This document shows positions 43,001 to 53,220 of a stretch of 64,000 bases of DNA, in pieces. Both the position numbers and the translations under genes were made by a program. The stretch comes from a virus. The notes beneath the pieces are model-generated. The model saw nothing but the letters and a program-made list of their open reading frames with translations. It had not been told where the DNA came from and did no database searches. Within the stretch, counting starts at the first letter, position 1. Each line of letters starts with the position of its first letter. Location of the stretch: IMG/VR virus record IMGVR_UViG_3300043015_000560, positions 16,086-80,085 of that record, one strand, 5' to 3'.

Positions 43001-43247
43001 CTTAGAAGTTGGTGAGGTTGCTCTAAATTTAGCAGACAAGATACTTTATACAAAGAATACCGACGGTGCGGTTGTAGCAGTATCTAACTATGTTGTAGGA
43101 GATGCCAACTTGGTGTTCCCAACAGGTGATTACGGCGACATGACTGCATCAAGTGTAGATGCTTTTGGTGTTGCAACTGAAAGATCTTATGATTGCCGAA
43201 CTGCTCCTCCTGGAATACTTATAACTGAAGATTTCGGAACACTTTAA
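42936..43247 (+). CDS. Stand-alone fibre N-terminal domain protein
   Basis: VIKLKRSET...PT...LEVGEVALN.AD..LY paralogous to the N-terminus of ORF 41202. Confidence 0.75.
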   Translation: MVDTVIKLKRSETASAVPTQANLEVGEVALNLADKILYTKNTDGAVVAVSNYVVGDANLVFPTGDYGDMTASSVDAFGVATERSYDCRTAPPGILITEDFGTL

Positions 43248-43270
43248 TTCAAAATCTAGGAGTATAACCA

Positions 43271-43525
43271 ATGACAACTCAAGTACAATTTAGAAGAGGT
43301 ACTACAGCAGAAAACAATAATTTCACTGGCTTAGCCGGAGAGGTTACAGTTAATACTGGTAACTATGCTATGAGAGTTCACGATGGTGCTACTCAAGGCG
43401 GTCACGAATTGATGCTAGCTTCGGCTTCTAATATTTCAGGTAACATACCCTTTACAAATATTAGTGGTACGGTAGAAGCAGATACCCTCGCTGACGGCTC
43501 TACATTAGACGGCGGAACATATTAA
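43271..43525 (+). CDS. Stand-alone Mtd-N-like fibre domain protein ending LDGGTY
   Basis: QVQFRRGTTAEN..FTG.AGEVTV.T....RVHDG.TQGG. Confidence 0.8.
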   Translation: MTTQVQFRRGTTAENNNFTGLAGEVTVNTGNYAMRVHDGATQGGHELMLASASNISGNIPFTNISGTVEADTLADGSTLDGGTY

Positions 43526-43544
43526 ATAATTTAGGAGATTAGAA

Positions 43545-45509
43545 ATGCCAACACAGGTACAATTTAGACGTGGAACTGAAGCACAAAACAATGCTTTTAC
43601 TGGTGCCGCCGGTGAACTTTCCTTCGATACAGAGAACTCAGAACTCCGTGTCCATGATGGAAGCACACAAGGTGGATATGTAATAGCAAAAGACTCAGCA
43701 GTTCCCACAACATCAGATGACCTTACAGAAGGGTCAACAAATCTATTTTCAACGAACGAACGTATTGACGATAGAGTAGCTGCTCTTTTAGCAGCAGGCA
43801 CCGGCATCACATTGTCTTATGACGATGATGCTGGAACATTAACAATTAACGGACAATCTGGAGACATTACAGGCGTTACAGCAGGTAATGGTTTGACAGG
43901 TGGCGGTGAGTCTGGACTAGTAGAAGTTAATGTTGTCGGAGGAACAGGTATCAGTGTAAATGCAGATAGCATTACTGTTGATATGACGGACTTCAGCACT
44001 GACGACTTAGCAGAAGGTTCAACCAAGCTTTACTATACAGATGCTAGAGCACAAGCAGCCATTAGTGGCGGCACAGGTGTTACAGTAACATCTGGTTCAG
44101 TAGCAATTGGACAAGCAGTAGATACTACATCTAACCCAACTTTTGCAGGTGCTACATTTACAACAGACGTTGAAATGCAAGGCGATATTATCCCAGATAC
44201 AGATAATACACATAGTCTTGGTAGCACAACAAAACAATGGAGGGACGTATACGTAGGTCCTGGTTCATTATATGTAAACGGACAACAGGTTGTTTCTGAT
44301 AACTCAGGTACAATCACTGTTTCTGCAGATGCAAACCAAAACCTATCACTTCAAACAAGTGGTTCAGGCGATGTAGAGTTAGATGCAACTGGATCAGGTG
44401 TTATTGCAATTAAAGGACCTCTTCAACTAGAAGACGGTATTAATATTACAAACAGCGCCGGCAACGCAATTGCATTCACAAACCCAATCAACGTTGATTC
44501 GCTTGAATCTAAAACAGCAGATACAGACTTAACACTTACTGGTAAAGGTACAGGTAAAGTTTATGTCAATGATAATTTAGAAGCAACAGGCAACGTGGTG
44601 ATTGGTGGAGACTTAACAGTTTCTGGAACTACAACAACTGTCAACTCTGAAACAATTAGTTTGGCTGATAACATTATCGACTTAAACAGCAACTTTACTT
44701 CTGGAACTCCTAGTGAGAATGCAGGAATTAGAGTTCTTCGAGGAGATTCGACAGCAGTACAACTTAAATGGGTTGAAGCAGTTGATCAGTGGCAGTTTAC
44801 AAACAACGGCTCTGACTATTCAGAAATGGTTGGCGCAGACACAACACAAACATTAACAAACAAAACAATTAGCGGTTCGGATAACACATTATCTAATATT
44901 GCCAACGGCTCTTTGTCTAACTCAGAAATTACAATTAACGGTGTAGCTACAGCGTTAGGCGGAACTAGAACTTTAGACACAGATGACTTAGCTGAAGGCT
45001 CCAACTTGTTCTACACAGATGCAAGAGCAAATGCTCGAGTAGCTGCGGCAACAGGTGCCAACTTAGATCTAAGTAGCAAAGACACTGCAGACTTGGCTGA
45101 AGGTACAAGTTTATACTTTACTGACGCAAGAGCAAGAGCAGCAATTAGCGCTACAGGCGATGTAAGTTATAATAGTGGAACAGGTGTTATTAGCTTTAAT
45201 GAGTCGTATTCTACTCCTTCAGAACTACTGACAGCTATTAAAACAGTTGACGGTGCAGGTTCAGGATTAGATTCCGCTTTACTAGAAGGAAATGCAGCAT
45301 CGTTCTTTACTAATGCTTCTAACATGGTTAGCGGTACTCTTCCAAGTGCTAGACTTCCAGAATTAACAGTAGCTGACTTTGCTGGAGCGGCGATTCTAAA
45401 TAGCTCAGAAACATTTGCTAGTAACGATACTTCATTGTTAACAGCATCTGCTATTGAGAACAGATATAGAATCGACATATATAATACTAGTGGAACACTG
45501 CTTAACTAA
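43545..45509 (+). CDS. Fibre protein with Mtd-N-like N-terminus
   Basis: QVQFRRGTEAQN..FTGAAGE...RVHDGSTQGG; four T(S)DDLAEG..LY(Y/F)TDARA-type repeats; VDGAGSGLD; ends IYNTSGTLLN. Confidence 0.85.
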   Translation: MPTQVQFRRGTEAQNNAFTGAAGELSFDTENSELRVHDGSTQGGYVIAKDSAVPTTSDDLTEGSTNLFSTNERIDDRVAALLAAGTGITLSYDDDAGTLTINGQSGDITGVTAGNGLTGGGESGLVEVNVVGGTGISVNADSITVDMTDFSTDDLAEGSTKLYYTDARAQAAISGGTGVTVTSGSVAIGQAVDTTSNPTFAGATFTTDVEMQGDIIPDTDNTHSLGSTTKQWRDVYVGPGSLYVNGQQVVSDNSGTITVSADANQNLSLQTSGSGDVELDATGSGVIAIKGPLQLEDGINITNSAGNAIAFTNPINVDSLESKTADTDLTLTGKGTGKVYVNDNLEATGNVVIGGDLTVSGTTTTVNSETISLADNIIDLNSNFTSGTPSENAGIRVLRGDSTAVQLKWVEAVDQWQFTNNGSDYSEMVGADTTQTLTNKTISGSDNTLSNIANGSLSNSEITINGVATALGGTRTLDTDDLAEGSNLFYTDARANARVAAATGANLDLSSKDTADLAEGTSLYFTDARARAAISATGDVSYNSGTGVISFNESYSTPSELLTAIKTVDGAGSGLDSALLEGNAASFFTNASNMVSGTLPSARLPELTVADFAGAAILNSSETFASNDTSLLTASAIENRYRIDIYNTSGTLLN

Positions 45510-45523
45510 ATTAGGGTAAATGT

Positions 45524-46492
45524 ATGGCTTTATCAACACGACAGGAACTTATAGATTATTGTCTTAGACGATTAGGGTTTCCAGTCATAGAGATTAACGT
45601 TGACGAAGACCAAGTCAACGATCGCATCGACGATGCCATACAACTCTGGCAGGAATATCATTTCGATGGTGTTGAAAGAACTTATGTTCAACACCAAGTC
45701 ACAGGTAGCAGTTTAAGGATTGCTACATCTATTGCAGGTAGTTTTCAAAAGGGCGAGAAATTAACTGGCGGAACTTCTGGGGCTACAACTGTAGTCTCTT
45801 CCGGAGCGCTTAATACTATTACAGTAGAAAAGATTTCTGGAACTTTTGTGGGCGGAGAACAAATTACCGGCTCACAATCAGGACTAGTTGCAACTCTTCA
45901 GAGCACAGACTTCTACTCCGCAGGTGATATAGAAAACGGTTGGGTTCCTATCAGTAACGGAATTACTGGTATTATTAGAATGTTCAACTTTGGTGGTGCA
46001 GCACAGTCTAACACTAAAGATGGAACATTGTTTGATTTAATGTATCAATTTAGGCAAAATGATCTTTATAACCTAATGGGTGCAGACATGACATACTATT
46101 CAATGGTACAGTCTCACCTAACGACTCTAGAACAACTACTTGTAACTCAAAGACAAATACGTTGGAATAGAAAAACAAATAGATTATATATTGATACGGA
46201 TTGGGATAGAACCTTCAATCCAGGTGATTACATTGTGGCAGAGGCATATGCTATTGTTGACCCCGCAACGTATTCAGAGGTTTATGATGATATGTTTTTG
46301 AAAAAATATGCTACTGCTCTTATCAAAAGACAGTGGGGAGAAAACATGAAGAAGTTTGGAGGCATAGCACTACCTGGAGGAGTTACTTTAAACGGTGACC
46401 AAATCTTTCAAGAAGCAATCACTGATATCAATAATATTGAAGATGAGATGCAGAGAAGATATGAGTTACCCCCTAGCTTCTACGTGGGGTAA
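45524..46492 (+). CDS. gp13: Neck protein gp13
   Basis: RQELIDYCLRRLGFPVIEINVDEDQV.DRIDDA...LIKRQWGENMKKFGGIALPGGVTLNG. Confidence 0.95.
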   Translation: MALSTRQELIDYCLRRLGFPVIEINVDEDQVNDRIDDAIQLWQEYHFDGVERTYVQHQVTGSSLRIATSIAGSFQKGEKLTGGTSGATTVVSSGALNTITVEKISGTFVGGEQITGSQSGLVATLQSTDFYSAGDIENGWVPISNGITGIIRMFNFGGAAQSNTKDGTLFDLMYQFRQNDLYNLMGADMTYYSMVQSHLTTLEQLLVTQRQIRWNRKTNRLYIDTDWDRTFNPGDYIVAEAYAIVDPATYSEVYDDMFLKKYATALIKRQWGENMKKFGGIALPGGVTLNGDQIFQEAITDINNIEDEMQRRYELPPSFYVG

Positions 46493-46494
46493 GC

Positions 46495-47244
46495 ATGGCA
46501 ACGAATTTTTACTTTCAGAATGGTGATACAAGCGGAACCACTAATGAACAAAGATTAGTAGAAGACCTTGTAATTGAATCATTAAAAATCTATGGGCACG
46601 ATATTTACTATATGCCCAGAACACTTGTAAACAGAGACACTATCTTTGATGAGGATACCTTATCTCAGTTTACTCAATCATATCCATTAGAAATGTATTT
46701 GGAAAATGTAAACGGCTTTGACGGCGAAGGCGATCTGTTTACAAAGTTTGGTATTGAAATAAGAGACCAAGCTACATTTATAGTTTCTCAGAGACGCTGG
46801 GAAGAAACCACTTTAACTAGTGGAGGAACATTTACTCTTAATGAGCGTCCTGCAGAAGGAGATCTTTTATATTTTCCAAAGACAGGTTCTATATTTGAAA
46901 TTAAACTTGTAGAATTTACTAACCCATTCTATCAAGTCGGTAAACTTTTTGTATATAGATTACAATGCGAATTGTTCCAGTACAGCTCAGAGGTATTGGA
47001 TACAGGCACAGATGCCGATGAAATAGAAGACACTAATAGCTTGGATATGTTACAATATCAAATGTTGTTAGAAGACGGTGGACTTCTTAAGCAAGAAGTG
47101 GGTGGAGGATTAGTTCTAGAAGAATATCAAGCACAAAAAACAAATGTTAATACTGACAATACAGACTTTATTACTCAGAATGAAATTGAGTCTATCCTAG
47201 ACTTCTCAGAAATTAATCCATTCGGTGAGCTAGGAGGAAGTTAA
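46495..47244 (+). CDS. gp14: Neck protein gp14
   Basis: EQRLVEDLVIESLKIYGHDIYYMPR...RPAEGDLLYFP...PFYQ...ILDFSEINPFG. Confidence 0.95.
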   Translation: MATNFYFQNGDTSGTTNEQRLVEDLVIESLKIYGHDIYYMPRTLVNRDTIFDEDTLSQFTQSYPLEMYLENVNGFDGEGDLFTKFGIEIRDQATFIVSQRRWEETTLTSGGTFTLNERPAEGDLLYFPKTGSIFEIKLVEFTNPFYQVGKLFVYRLQCELFQYSSEVLDTGTDADEIEDTNSLDMLQYQMLLEDGGLLKQEVGGGLVLEEYQAQKTNVNTDNTDFITQNEIESILDFSEINPFGELGGS

Positions 47245-47247
47245 ATT

Positions 47248-48051
47248 ATGTTTAAAAATAAAACCTTTTATCACTCTCATATAAAGAAGGCTATTGTAGC
47301 TTTTGGTATGATATTTAATAATATTAATATTGAGAGGAAAGACAAAGACGGAACTGTATCGCAAGTTATTAGGGTTCCTTTGTCATATTCAACAAAACAA
47401 AAGTTCTTAGCTAGGATCGCCGCTGTACCCGACATTACCGAATATCGAGATGTACAAATAACATTGCCTAGGATCGGGTTTGAAATTACTGGTTTACAGT
47501 ATGACTCAGCTAGAAAAATTTCTCCTATACAAAGAAACCGAGCAGTGGGCGCAGGAGATGATACTAATACAGTAAGAACTACATTTATATCTACGCCATA
47601 TAATATGGGCATTGCATTATATGTCTTTGCTAAAAACCAAGAAGATGCTTTACAGGTTGTGGAACAGGTATTCCCGTTCTTCAATCCAGACTTTAATGTT
47701 ACAATCAACGAGCTACCAGAACTAGGAATCAAAAGAGATATTAAGATCACTTTAGACGGGGTAGATTATGATGACCAATATGAGGGAGACTTTACATCTA
47801 GACAAAGTATCATATGGACATTAAACTTTACGATGCGTCTAAACTTCTATGGTTACGTTGCTAACGTGGGAGTTATTAAAGAATCAATTGCTAAACTATA
47901 CACTGATATAGATTTAGATACTGTACAGGTTAAATCAGTACATGAGGTAGCAACCCTTGAAGGAGTTGCGGATAAAACGCTAACACCAGCAGATGACTAC
48001 GATTATATAAGTAATATACTAGAAAGTTTTGAGGGCGAAGATGTCAGCTGA
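47248..48051 (+). CDS. gp15: Tail sheath stabilizer/terminator gp15
   Basis: FYH..IKKAIVAFG..FNNI...VPLSY..KQKFLAR...LPRIGFE...QVVEQVFPFFNP. Confidence 0.95.
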   Translation: MFKNKTFYHSHIKKAIVAFGMIFNNINIERKDKDGTVSQVIRVPLSYSTKQKFLARIAAVPDITEYRDVQITLPRIGFEITGLQYDSARKISPIQRNRAVGAGDDTNTVRTTFISTPYNMGIALYVFAKNQEDALQVVEQVFPFFNPDFNVTINELPELGIKRDIKITLDGVDYDDQYEGDFTSRQSIIWTLNFTMRLNFYGYVANVGVIKESIAKLYTDIDLDTVQVKSVHEVATLEGVADKTLTPADDYDYISNILESFEGEDVS

Positions 48052-48496
48052 TAATACATTTGAAAGTTTGGATAAAGCATTTAAAACAAAACCTACTTTT
48101 GCTTTGGATAAAAACTTATCCGAAGTAAGAAAGGAAAAGAACTTGCCTGTGCCAGAGCAAACACACGATCAACAGTTAGAAGATGACTTCCAAGAAGCCA
48201 GAGACATACTAAAAAGATCAGCAGCATACAGTGAAGAAGCAATTCAGGGCATAATGCACATTGCTAAAAATAGCGATCACCCTAGAGCATATGAGGTGGC
48301 AGGGCAGCTAATTAACTCTTTACAAAACAATGCTAAAGATATGTTAGATGTTCAGGCAAAACAAAAGAAGATAACACAAGACGACAAACCTAAGAGCAAA
48401 GGAGCCACAACTAATAACAACTTATTTGTTGGTAGTACCAAAGATTTACTTAGGGCATTAGGAAAAGAAGACGATACAAAAATTATTGAAGGATAA
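48041..48496 (+). CDS. gp16: Terminase small subunit gp16
   Basis: DFQEAR...SDHPRAYEVAGQLI...TNNNLFVGST.DL. Confidence 0.93.
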   Translation: MSADNTFESLDKAFKTKPTFALDKNLSEVRKEKNLPVPEQTHDQQLEDDFQEARDILKRSAAYSEEAIQGIMHIAKNSDHPRAYEVAGQLINSLQNNAKDMLDVQAKQKKITQDDKPKSKGATTNNNLFVGSTKDLLRALGKEDDTKIIEG

Positions 48497-48502
48497 TATA
48501 TT

Positions 48503-49105
48503 ATGAATTGGCAAGATGTTGAAGGCTATGCAGGCTTAGGTTGTTATTTCTTTTTTGAAAAGATACTCAAAAAAATCCCACAAAATAAAATCTCCGTATT
48601 AGAAGTAGGCAGTTATCAGGGCAAGAGTGCTCTTATGATTAACCACATCTGCAACACACTAAAAAAAGAAGTTGATATACATTGTATAGATGCTTGGCCT
48701 GATTTTATTGTTAGAGAAACAGAGTTTGAGGAAGCTTGGCCCCCATTTTATCAAGGGGGAACTGAAATTAAGAAAAACTTTTTACAAAACATAAAAGACT
48801 TTCCTAATATCACATATGAAAAAATACCATTACAATTTCCAATGTCATTTGACAACCACAAGTTTGGTCCCTCATATGATTTAATATACATAGACGCGGA
48901 CCACAGTGAAGAATCTACTTATGCTTGTATAGATGCTTGGTTGCCATATTGTAAGAGCTATCTTGTTATTGATGATTATTTTTCAACAGCCATGGACTCC
49001 GTTAAACGAGGAACAGATAGAGTTGTCGAAGAAAGAGGATTGACGTTATCAATGGACGTGAGGCGGAACAATGGCGCAAAGGTTTGGATAGATTGTACGA
49101 CATAG
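48503..49105 (+). CDS. Class I SAM methyltransferase (Methyltransf_24-like)
   Basis: VLEVGSYQGKSA...HCIDAW...DLIYIDADHS...VIDDY. Confidence 0.85.
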   Translation: MNWQDVEGYAGLGCYFFFEKILKKIPQNKISVLEVGSYQGKSALMINHICNTLKKEVDIHCIDAWPDFIVRETEFEEAWPPFYQGGTEIKKNFLQNIKDFPNITYEKIPLQFPMSFDNHKFGPSYDLIYIDADHSEESTYACIDAWLPYCKSYLVIDDYFSTAMDSVKRGTDRVVEERGLTLSMDVRRNNGAKVWIDCTT

Positions 49106-49815
49106 GAAAATCATATGGTGAGTGGAAATATAGTGGCGAGCTACCTGCTACCCTAGAATATATTTCTACAGATAATAAACCTAATCCAGAATGGGACTTA
49201 CCTATTACTTATGAGATGAATGCTCAGGGATTTAGATGTGCGGAGTTAAAACAAAACTCAAATAGTATTATATGTCTAGGGCCTAGTACAGTAGCCGGTA
49301 TTGGTTTGCCTGAGGATAAAACTTGGCCGTATTTATTAGGCAAAGAGTTAAACTTAACCCACTATAACCTAGCAGAGCCTGGCGGAGGGTTTGATCACTT
49401 TTATCGTATTGCTAGTGTTTGGGTTCCTTATGTAAAACCTAAATATGTTTTTCTTACAGAGCCACCATTACAAAGACGAGAGCTATTCACAAAAAAGCAT
49501 CACCTTAATGTTGGCGCATGGTCCTTAGATTATGAACACTTAATTGAAACCGACGAAGAATTGAACCTAAATCGAAAAAGAAATTTAGATGCTATAGAAA
49601 ATGTTTGTAGATTAAATGGTGCAAAGTTCTTTTTTATTAAGGAAGTTTGGATAGACGATAAAGCTAGAGATAAGTTTCATACAGGAATTTCGGGACATAG
49701 TCGCTATTTTTCCCACTTTCTTAGACGTATAAATAATACTACGGAACAAGAAATAAAAGCACGGTTGTTGAATGAAAGTGTTGACGCAACTCCAAAAGAA
49801 CTAGTAAGAATATGA
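49084..49815 (+). CDS. SGNH/GDSL-like hypothetical protein
   Basis: NAQGFR...ICLGPSTVAG.GL....TWP.LL...YNLA..GGG...RDKFHTG pattern. Confidence 0.6.
   Translation: MDRLYDIGKSYGEWKYSGELPATLEYISTDNKPNPEWDLPITYEMNAQGFRCAELKQNSNSIICLGPSTVAGIGLPEDKTWPYLLGKELNLTHYNLAEPGGGFDHFYRIASVWVPYVKPKYVFLTEPPLQRRELFTKKHHLNVGAWSLDYEHLIETDEELNLNRKRNLDAIENVCRLNGAKFFFIKEVWIDDKARDKFHTGISGHSRYFSHFLRRINNTTEQEIKARLLNESVDATPKELVRI
49728..49735 (+). promoter_or_regulatory. T4 late promoter for gp17
   Basis: TATAAATA about 77 nt upstream of gp17. Confidence 0.7.
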
Positions 49816-51461
49816 GCGAAATAGAAACATCATATCACGGCAACCCTAACTTAAAAGCGCTAGGTTTTAAGCACGACTTCACAAAAGAACAAGTTACGGA
49901 ATATCTAAAGTGTCAAAAAGACGCAATCTATTTCATCGAAAACTTTTGTCAGATTATTACACTGGACAGAGGTTTACAACCATTCAAACTTTACGACTGT
50001 CAAAAAGAAAAAGTAGATATTATTTTAAATAATCGTAAGGTCATTCTTATGGAAGGCAGGCAGCAGGGTAAGACTGTAACTGCCGCAGCTTGTATTCTGT
50101 GGTATACTATTTTCCAAGAAGATAAAACTGTAGCTATTATGGCTAACAAGACTGCCGCTGCTAGAGAAGTATTGGCACGTTACCAAACAATGTACGAGAA
50201 CTTGCCTATATGGATGCAACAAGGTGTTAAGACTTGGAACAAGGGTGACGTTGAGCTGGAAAATAACTGTAAGGTTTTTACCGCAGCCACAACTACCAGT
50301 GGTATTCGAGGTAAGTCTGTAAACTGGCTATACATTGATGAGGCAGCTATTATTCCAAACAATGTTGCGGAACAGTTCTTTGCTTCTGTTTATCCTACTA
50401 TTTCAGCAGGTGAAACTACAAAGATTCTTCTTACCTCTACTCCATTAGGATATAATCACTTTTGGAAGTTTTGGAACGAAGCAGAGAAAAAAGCAAATGG
50501 ATTTGTAAACCACTTCATACATTATACTGAAATCCCTGGCAGAGATGAAGCTTGGGCAGAAGAACAATTTAAACTTCTAGGCGAATTGAAGTTTAACCAG
50601 GAAGTTTTGTGTGAATTTTTAGGTTCTAGTAACACTCTTATTAATGCTAAGACGATTGGCAACCTATCTTCGATTGATCCAGTATATCAAAATAGTGGTT
50701 TGGATATATATAACGAACCTAAAGAAAATAGGTTCTATGCTATTACAGTAGACACGGCTAGAGGTATCGGCGGGGATTATTCTGCCTTTGTTGTTTTTGA
50801 TATTACCGAAATGCCGTATAAAGTAGTAGCCAAATATAAAGATAATAAAATCGCTCCTATGTTGTATCCTAATGTGATATCTAAGGTGGGAGAAGATTAT
50901 AATAATGCTTATGTGCTTGTTGAGACTAATGATATAGGACAGCAAGTCGTAGAGTTGCTACACGAAGAGATTGAATACGACAATCTGTTTAGCACAGTGA
51001 CAGAAAAGGGCAGACAATATGTCTCGCCTGGTTTTGGTCGTTCAACTAAGCTAGGAGTTACTACTTCTAGACAAGTTAAGCGACAAGGATGTTTTTCCTT
51101 TAAGAGTTTAATGGAAGAACAAAAATTATTATGTTTTGATGCAGATATCATACATGAGATGTCTACGTTTGTTGAAAAAGGTAATACTTACCAAGCAGAC
51201 GAGGGATACAATGATGATCTTATTATGTGTATGGTTCTATTTGGATGGTTGACCAATATGCCATTTTTTAAAGAGTTGACTGATATTAACTCTAGAGAGG
51301 AATTGTACAATCATCAAATGAAGCAGATTAAGTCTAACCTTACTCCGTTTGTTATGAGAAAAGGTAACGATGAACCTCAAGGCGAAGTTATAGGGGGAGA
51401 TTATTGGTTGTTGGATGAAGAATACAGTAACAAAGTAAAAGAACTAGGACTTAAATTTTAA
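49812..51461 (+). CDS. gp17: Terminase large subunit gp17
   Basis: GRQQGKT Walker A, YIDEAA Walker B, STPLG.NHF, VDTARG.GGDYS, NDDLIM. Confidence 0.97.
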   Translation: MSEIETSYHGNPNLKALGFKHDFTKEQVTEYLKCQKDAIYFIENFCQIITLDRGLQPFKLYDCQKEKVDIILNNRKVILMEGRQQGKTVTAAACILWYTIFQEDKTVAIMANKTAAAREVLARYQTMYENLPIWMQQGVKTWNKGDVELENNCKVFTAATTTSGIRGKSVNWLYIDEAAIIPNNVAEQFFASVYPTISAGETTKILLTSTPLGYNHFWKFWNEAEKKANGFVNHFIHYTEIPGRDEAWAEEQFKLLGELKFNQEVLCEFLGSSNTLINAKTIGNLSSIDPVYQNSGLDIYNEPKENRFYAITVDTARGIGGDYSAFVVFDITEMPYKVVAKYKDNKIAPMLYPNVISKVGEDYNNAYVLVETNDIGQQVVELLHEEIEYDNLFSTVTEKGRQYVSPGFGRSTKLGVTTSRQVKRQGCFSFKSLMEEQKLLCFDADIIHEMSTFVEKGNTYQADEGYNDDLIMCMVLFGWLTNMPFFKELTDINSREELYNHQMKQIKSNLTPFVMRKGNDEPQGEVIGGDYWLLDEEYSNKVKELGLKF

Positions 51462-51465
51462 AAAT

Positions 51466-51473
51466 TATAAATA
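51466..51473 (+). promoter_or_regulatory. T4 late promoter
   Basis: TATAAATA before gp18. Confidence 0.85.
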
Positions 51474-51523
51474 ATTGAATGAAACAAAACTTGTGTCATT
51501 CATAATAAACCGAGGAGATAAAC

Positions 51524-53188
51524 ATGGCTTTTCAGCTATCACCAGGCGTTCTCGTCACAGAAAAGGATTTAACAACTGTAGTTCCTGCAGTCGCCACAAC
51601 TGGCGGCGGTATCGCGGGTTACTTCAAATGGGGTCCATGTGATGTTATTCGCACAATAGATTCAGAGAATACTCTGAGAAAAACATTCGGCTTGCCCGAT
51701 AACGATACCGCAGAAACGTGGTTTACAGCCGCTTCCTTCCTAGCTTATGGCAACAACCTTCAGGTTGTCCGTACAGTGGGTACAGGCGCTCTAAACTCAG
51801 GTTCAACTGCCGGTGTTTTAATTAGTAACGAAGATGACTATGCTTTTAATCATATTAATGGATTAGGTACTAATGGTATGTGGGCTGCAAAATGTCCAGG
51901 TACATTAGGCGATACTATTAAAGTATCATTTGCCGATTCAAGTGATTATGCGACATGGACATATAAAGACGAATTTGATTATGCCCCTGATACTACTGCA
52001 TCAACAACAGCAGCCGGCGGATCTAACGATGAAATGCACATCATTGTTATTGACTCGTTAGGAAAATTCACGGGTACAGCAGGTTCGATCTTAGAAAAAT
52101 TTGCAGGCGTATCTAAAGCCTCAAATGCTACAGGAAGAACTGGAGAAACAAATTATTACAAACAAGTAATTAACTCTCAGTCCTTGTACATTTGGTGGAC
52201 AGATCACCCAGCAGCAGAAACAACTTGGGGTCTAGACTCTACAACTACATTCACATCGTTGCACGTCAGCGGCGAATCAGACGACACTTTAACAGGTGGA
52301 GCAGATGCAGCACCTACAGACGGACAGATTCAAACAGGTTACGGCTTGTTCGCAAATGATGAACTTGTAGATGTATCATTGCTCCTAGCAGCAGGACACA
52401 GCACAACTGTTGGACGATATATCCAAGACAATATTGCAACTGTTCGTAAGGATTGTTTAGTATTCATTAGCCCACAGAAAGCTAGTGTTGTAAATAACGT
52501 AGGTACAGAAGCAGCATCCATTGTAACAGATAGAGCCTTGTATTCAACTACTTCATACTCTGTTATGGACAGTGGTTGGAAACTTATGTACGACAGATAC
52601 AACGATAGCTACAGATATGTACCTTGCAACGGCGACACCGCGGGCGTATGTGTTATCACAGATAACGCTGCTGATCCATGGTTCTCTCCTGCAGGATATA
52701 ATAGAGGTCAACTGAAGAATGTTGTTAAGATGGCTTACACACCTAACAAAACAGACAGAGACACCATTTATAAAGCCGGTGTTAACCCAATCGTTGGGTT
52801 CCCTGGAGAAGGTACTGTACTGTTTGGTGACAAGACTATGCTTTCCAAACCTTCAGCATTCGACAGAATCAACGTCAGAAGACTGTTCATTGTTCTTGAA
52901 AAAGCAATTGCAACCGCAGCTAAATTCCAACTCTTTGAATTCAATGATGCATTCACTAGAGCACAGTTTAGTTCTCTTGTAGAACCGTTCCTTAGAGACG
53001 TACAAGGACGTAGGGGTCTATATGACTTTAAAGTGGTTTGTAACGAAAGTAACAACACTCCTGAAGTCATTGACGGCAATCGCTTCGTAGCAGACATTTA
53101 CTTGAAACCTGCGAAATCCATTAACTTTATTCAGCTTAACTTTATAGCTACACGTACCGGCGTTTCTTTTGAAGAAGTCGGAGCGTAA
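51524..53188 (+). CDS. gp18: Tail sheath protein gp18
   Basis: SPGVLVTEKDLT...PWFSPAGYNRG...FDRINVRRLF...SINFIQLNFIATRTGVSFEE. Confidence 0.97.
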   Translation: MAFQLSPGVLVTEKDLTTVVPAVATTGGGIAGYFKWGPCDVIRTIDSENTLRKTFGLPDNDTAETWFTAASFLAYGNNLQVVRTVGTGALNSGSTAGVLISNEDDYAFNHINGLGTNGMWAAKCPGTLGDTIKVSFADSSDYATWTYKDEFDYAPDTTASTTAAGGSNDEMHIIVIDSLGKFTGTAGSILEKFAGVSKASNATGRTGETNYYKQVINSQSLYIWWTDHPAAETTWGLDSTTTFTSLHVSGESDDTLTGGADAAPTDGQIQTGYGLFANDELVDVSLLLAAGHSTTVGRYIQDNIATVRKDCLVFISPQKASVVNNVGTEAASIVTDRALYSTTSYSVMDSGWKLMYDRYNDSYRYVPCNGDTAGVCVITDNAADPWFSPAGYNRGQLKNVVKMAYTPNKTDRDTIYKAGVNPIVGFPGEGTVLFGDKTMLSKPSAFDRINVRRLFIVLEKAIATAAKFQLFEFNDAFTRAQFSSLVEPFLRDVQGRRGLYDFKVVCNESNNTPEVIDGNRFVADIYLKPAKSINFIQLNFIATRTGVSFEEVGA

Positions 53189-53192
53189 CCGT

Positions 53193-53200
53193 TATAAATA
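53193..53200 (+). promoter_or_regulatory. T4 late promoter
   Basis: TATAAATA before gp19. Confidence 0.85.
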
Positions 53201-53220
53201 AAAGTAATTAGGAGAACTAA

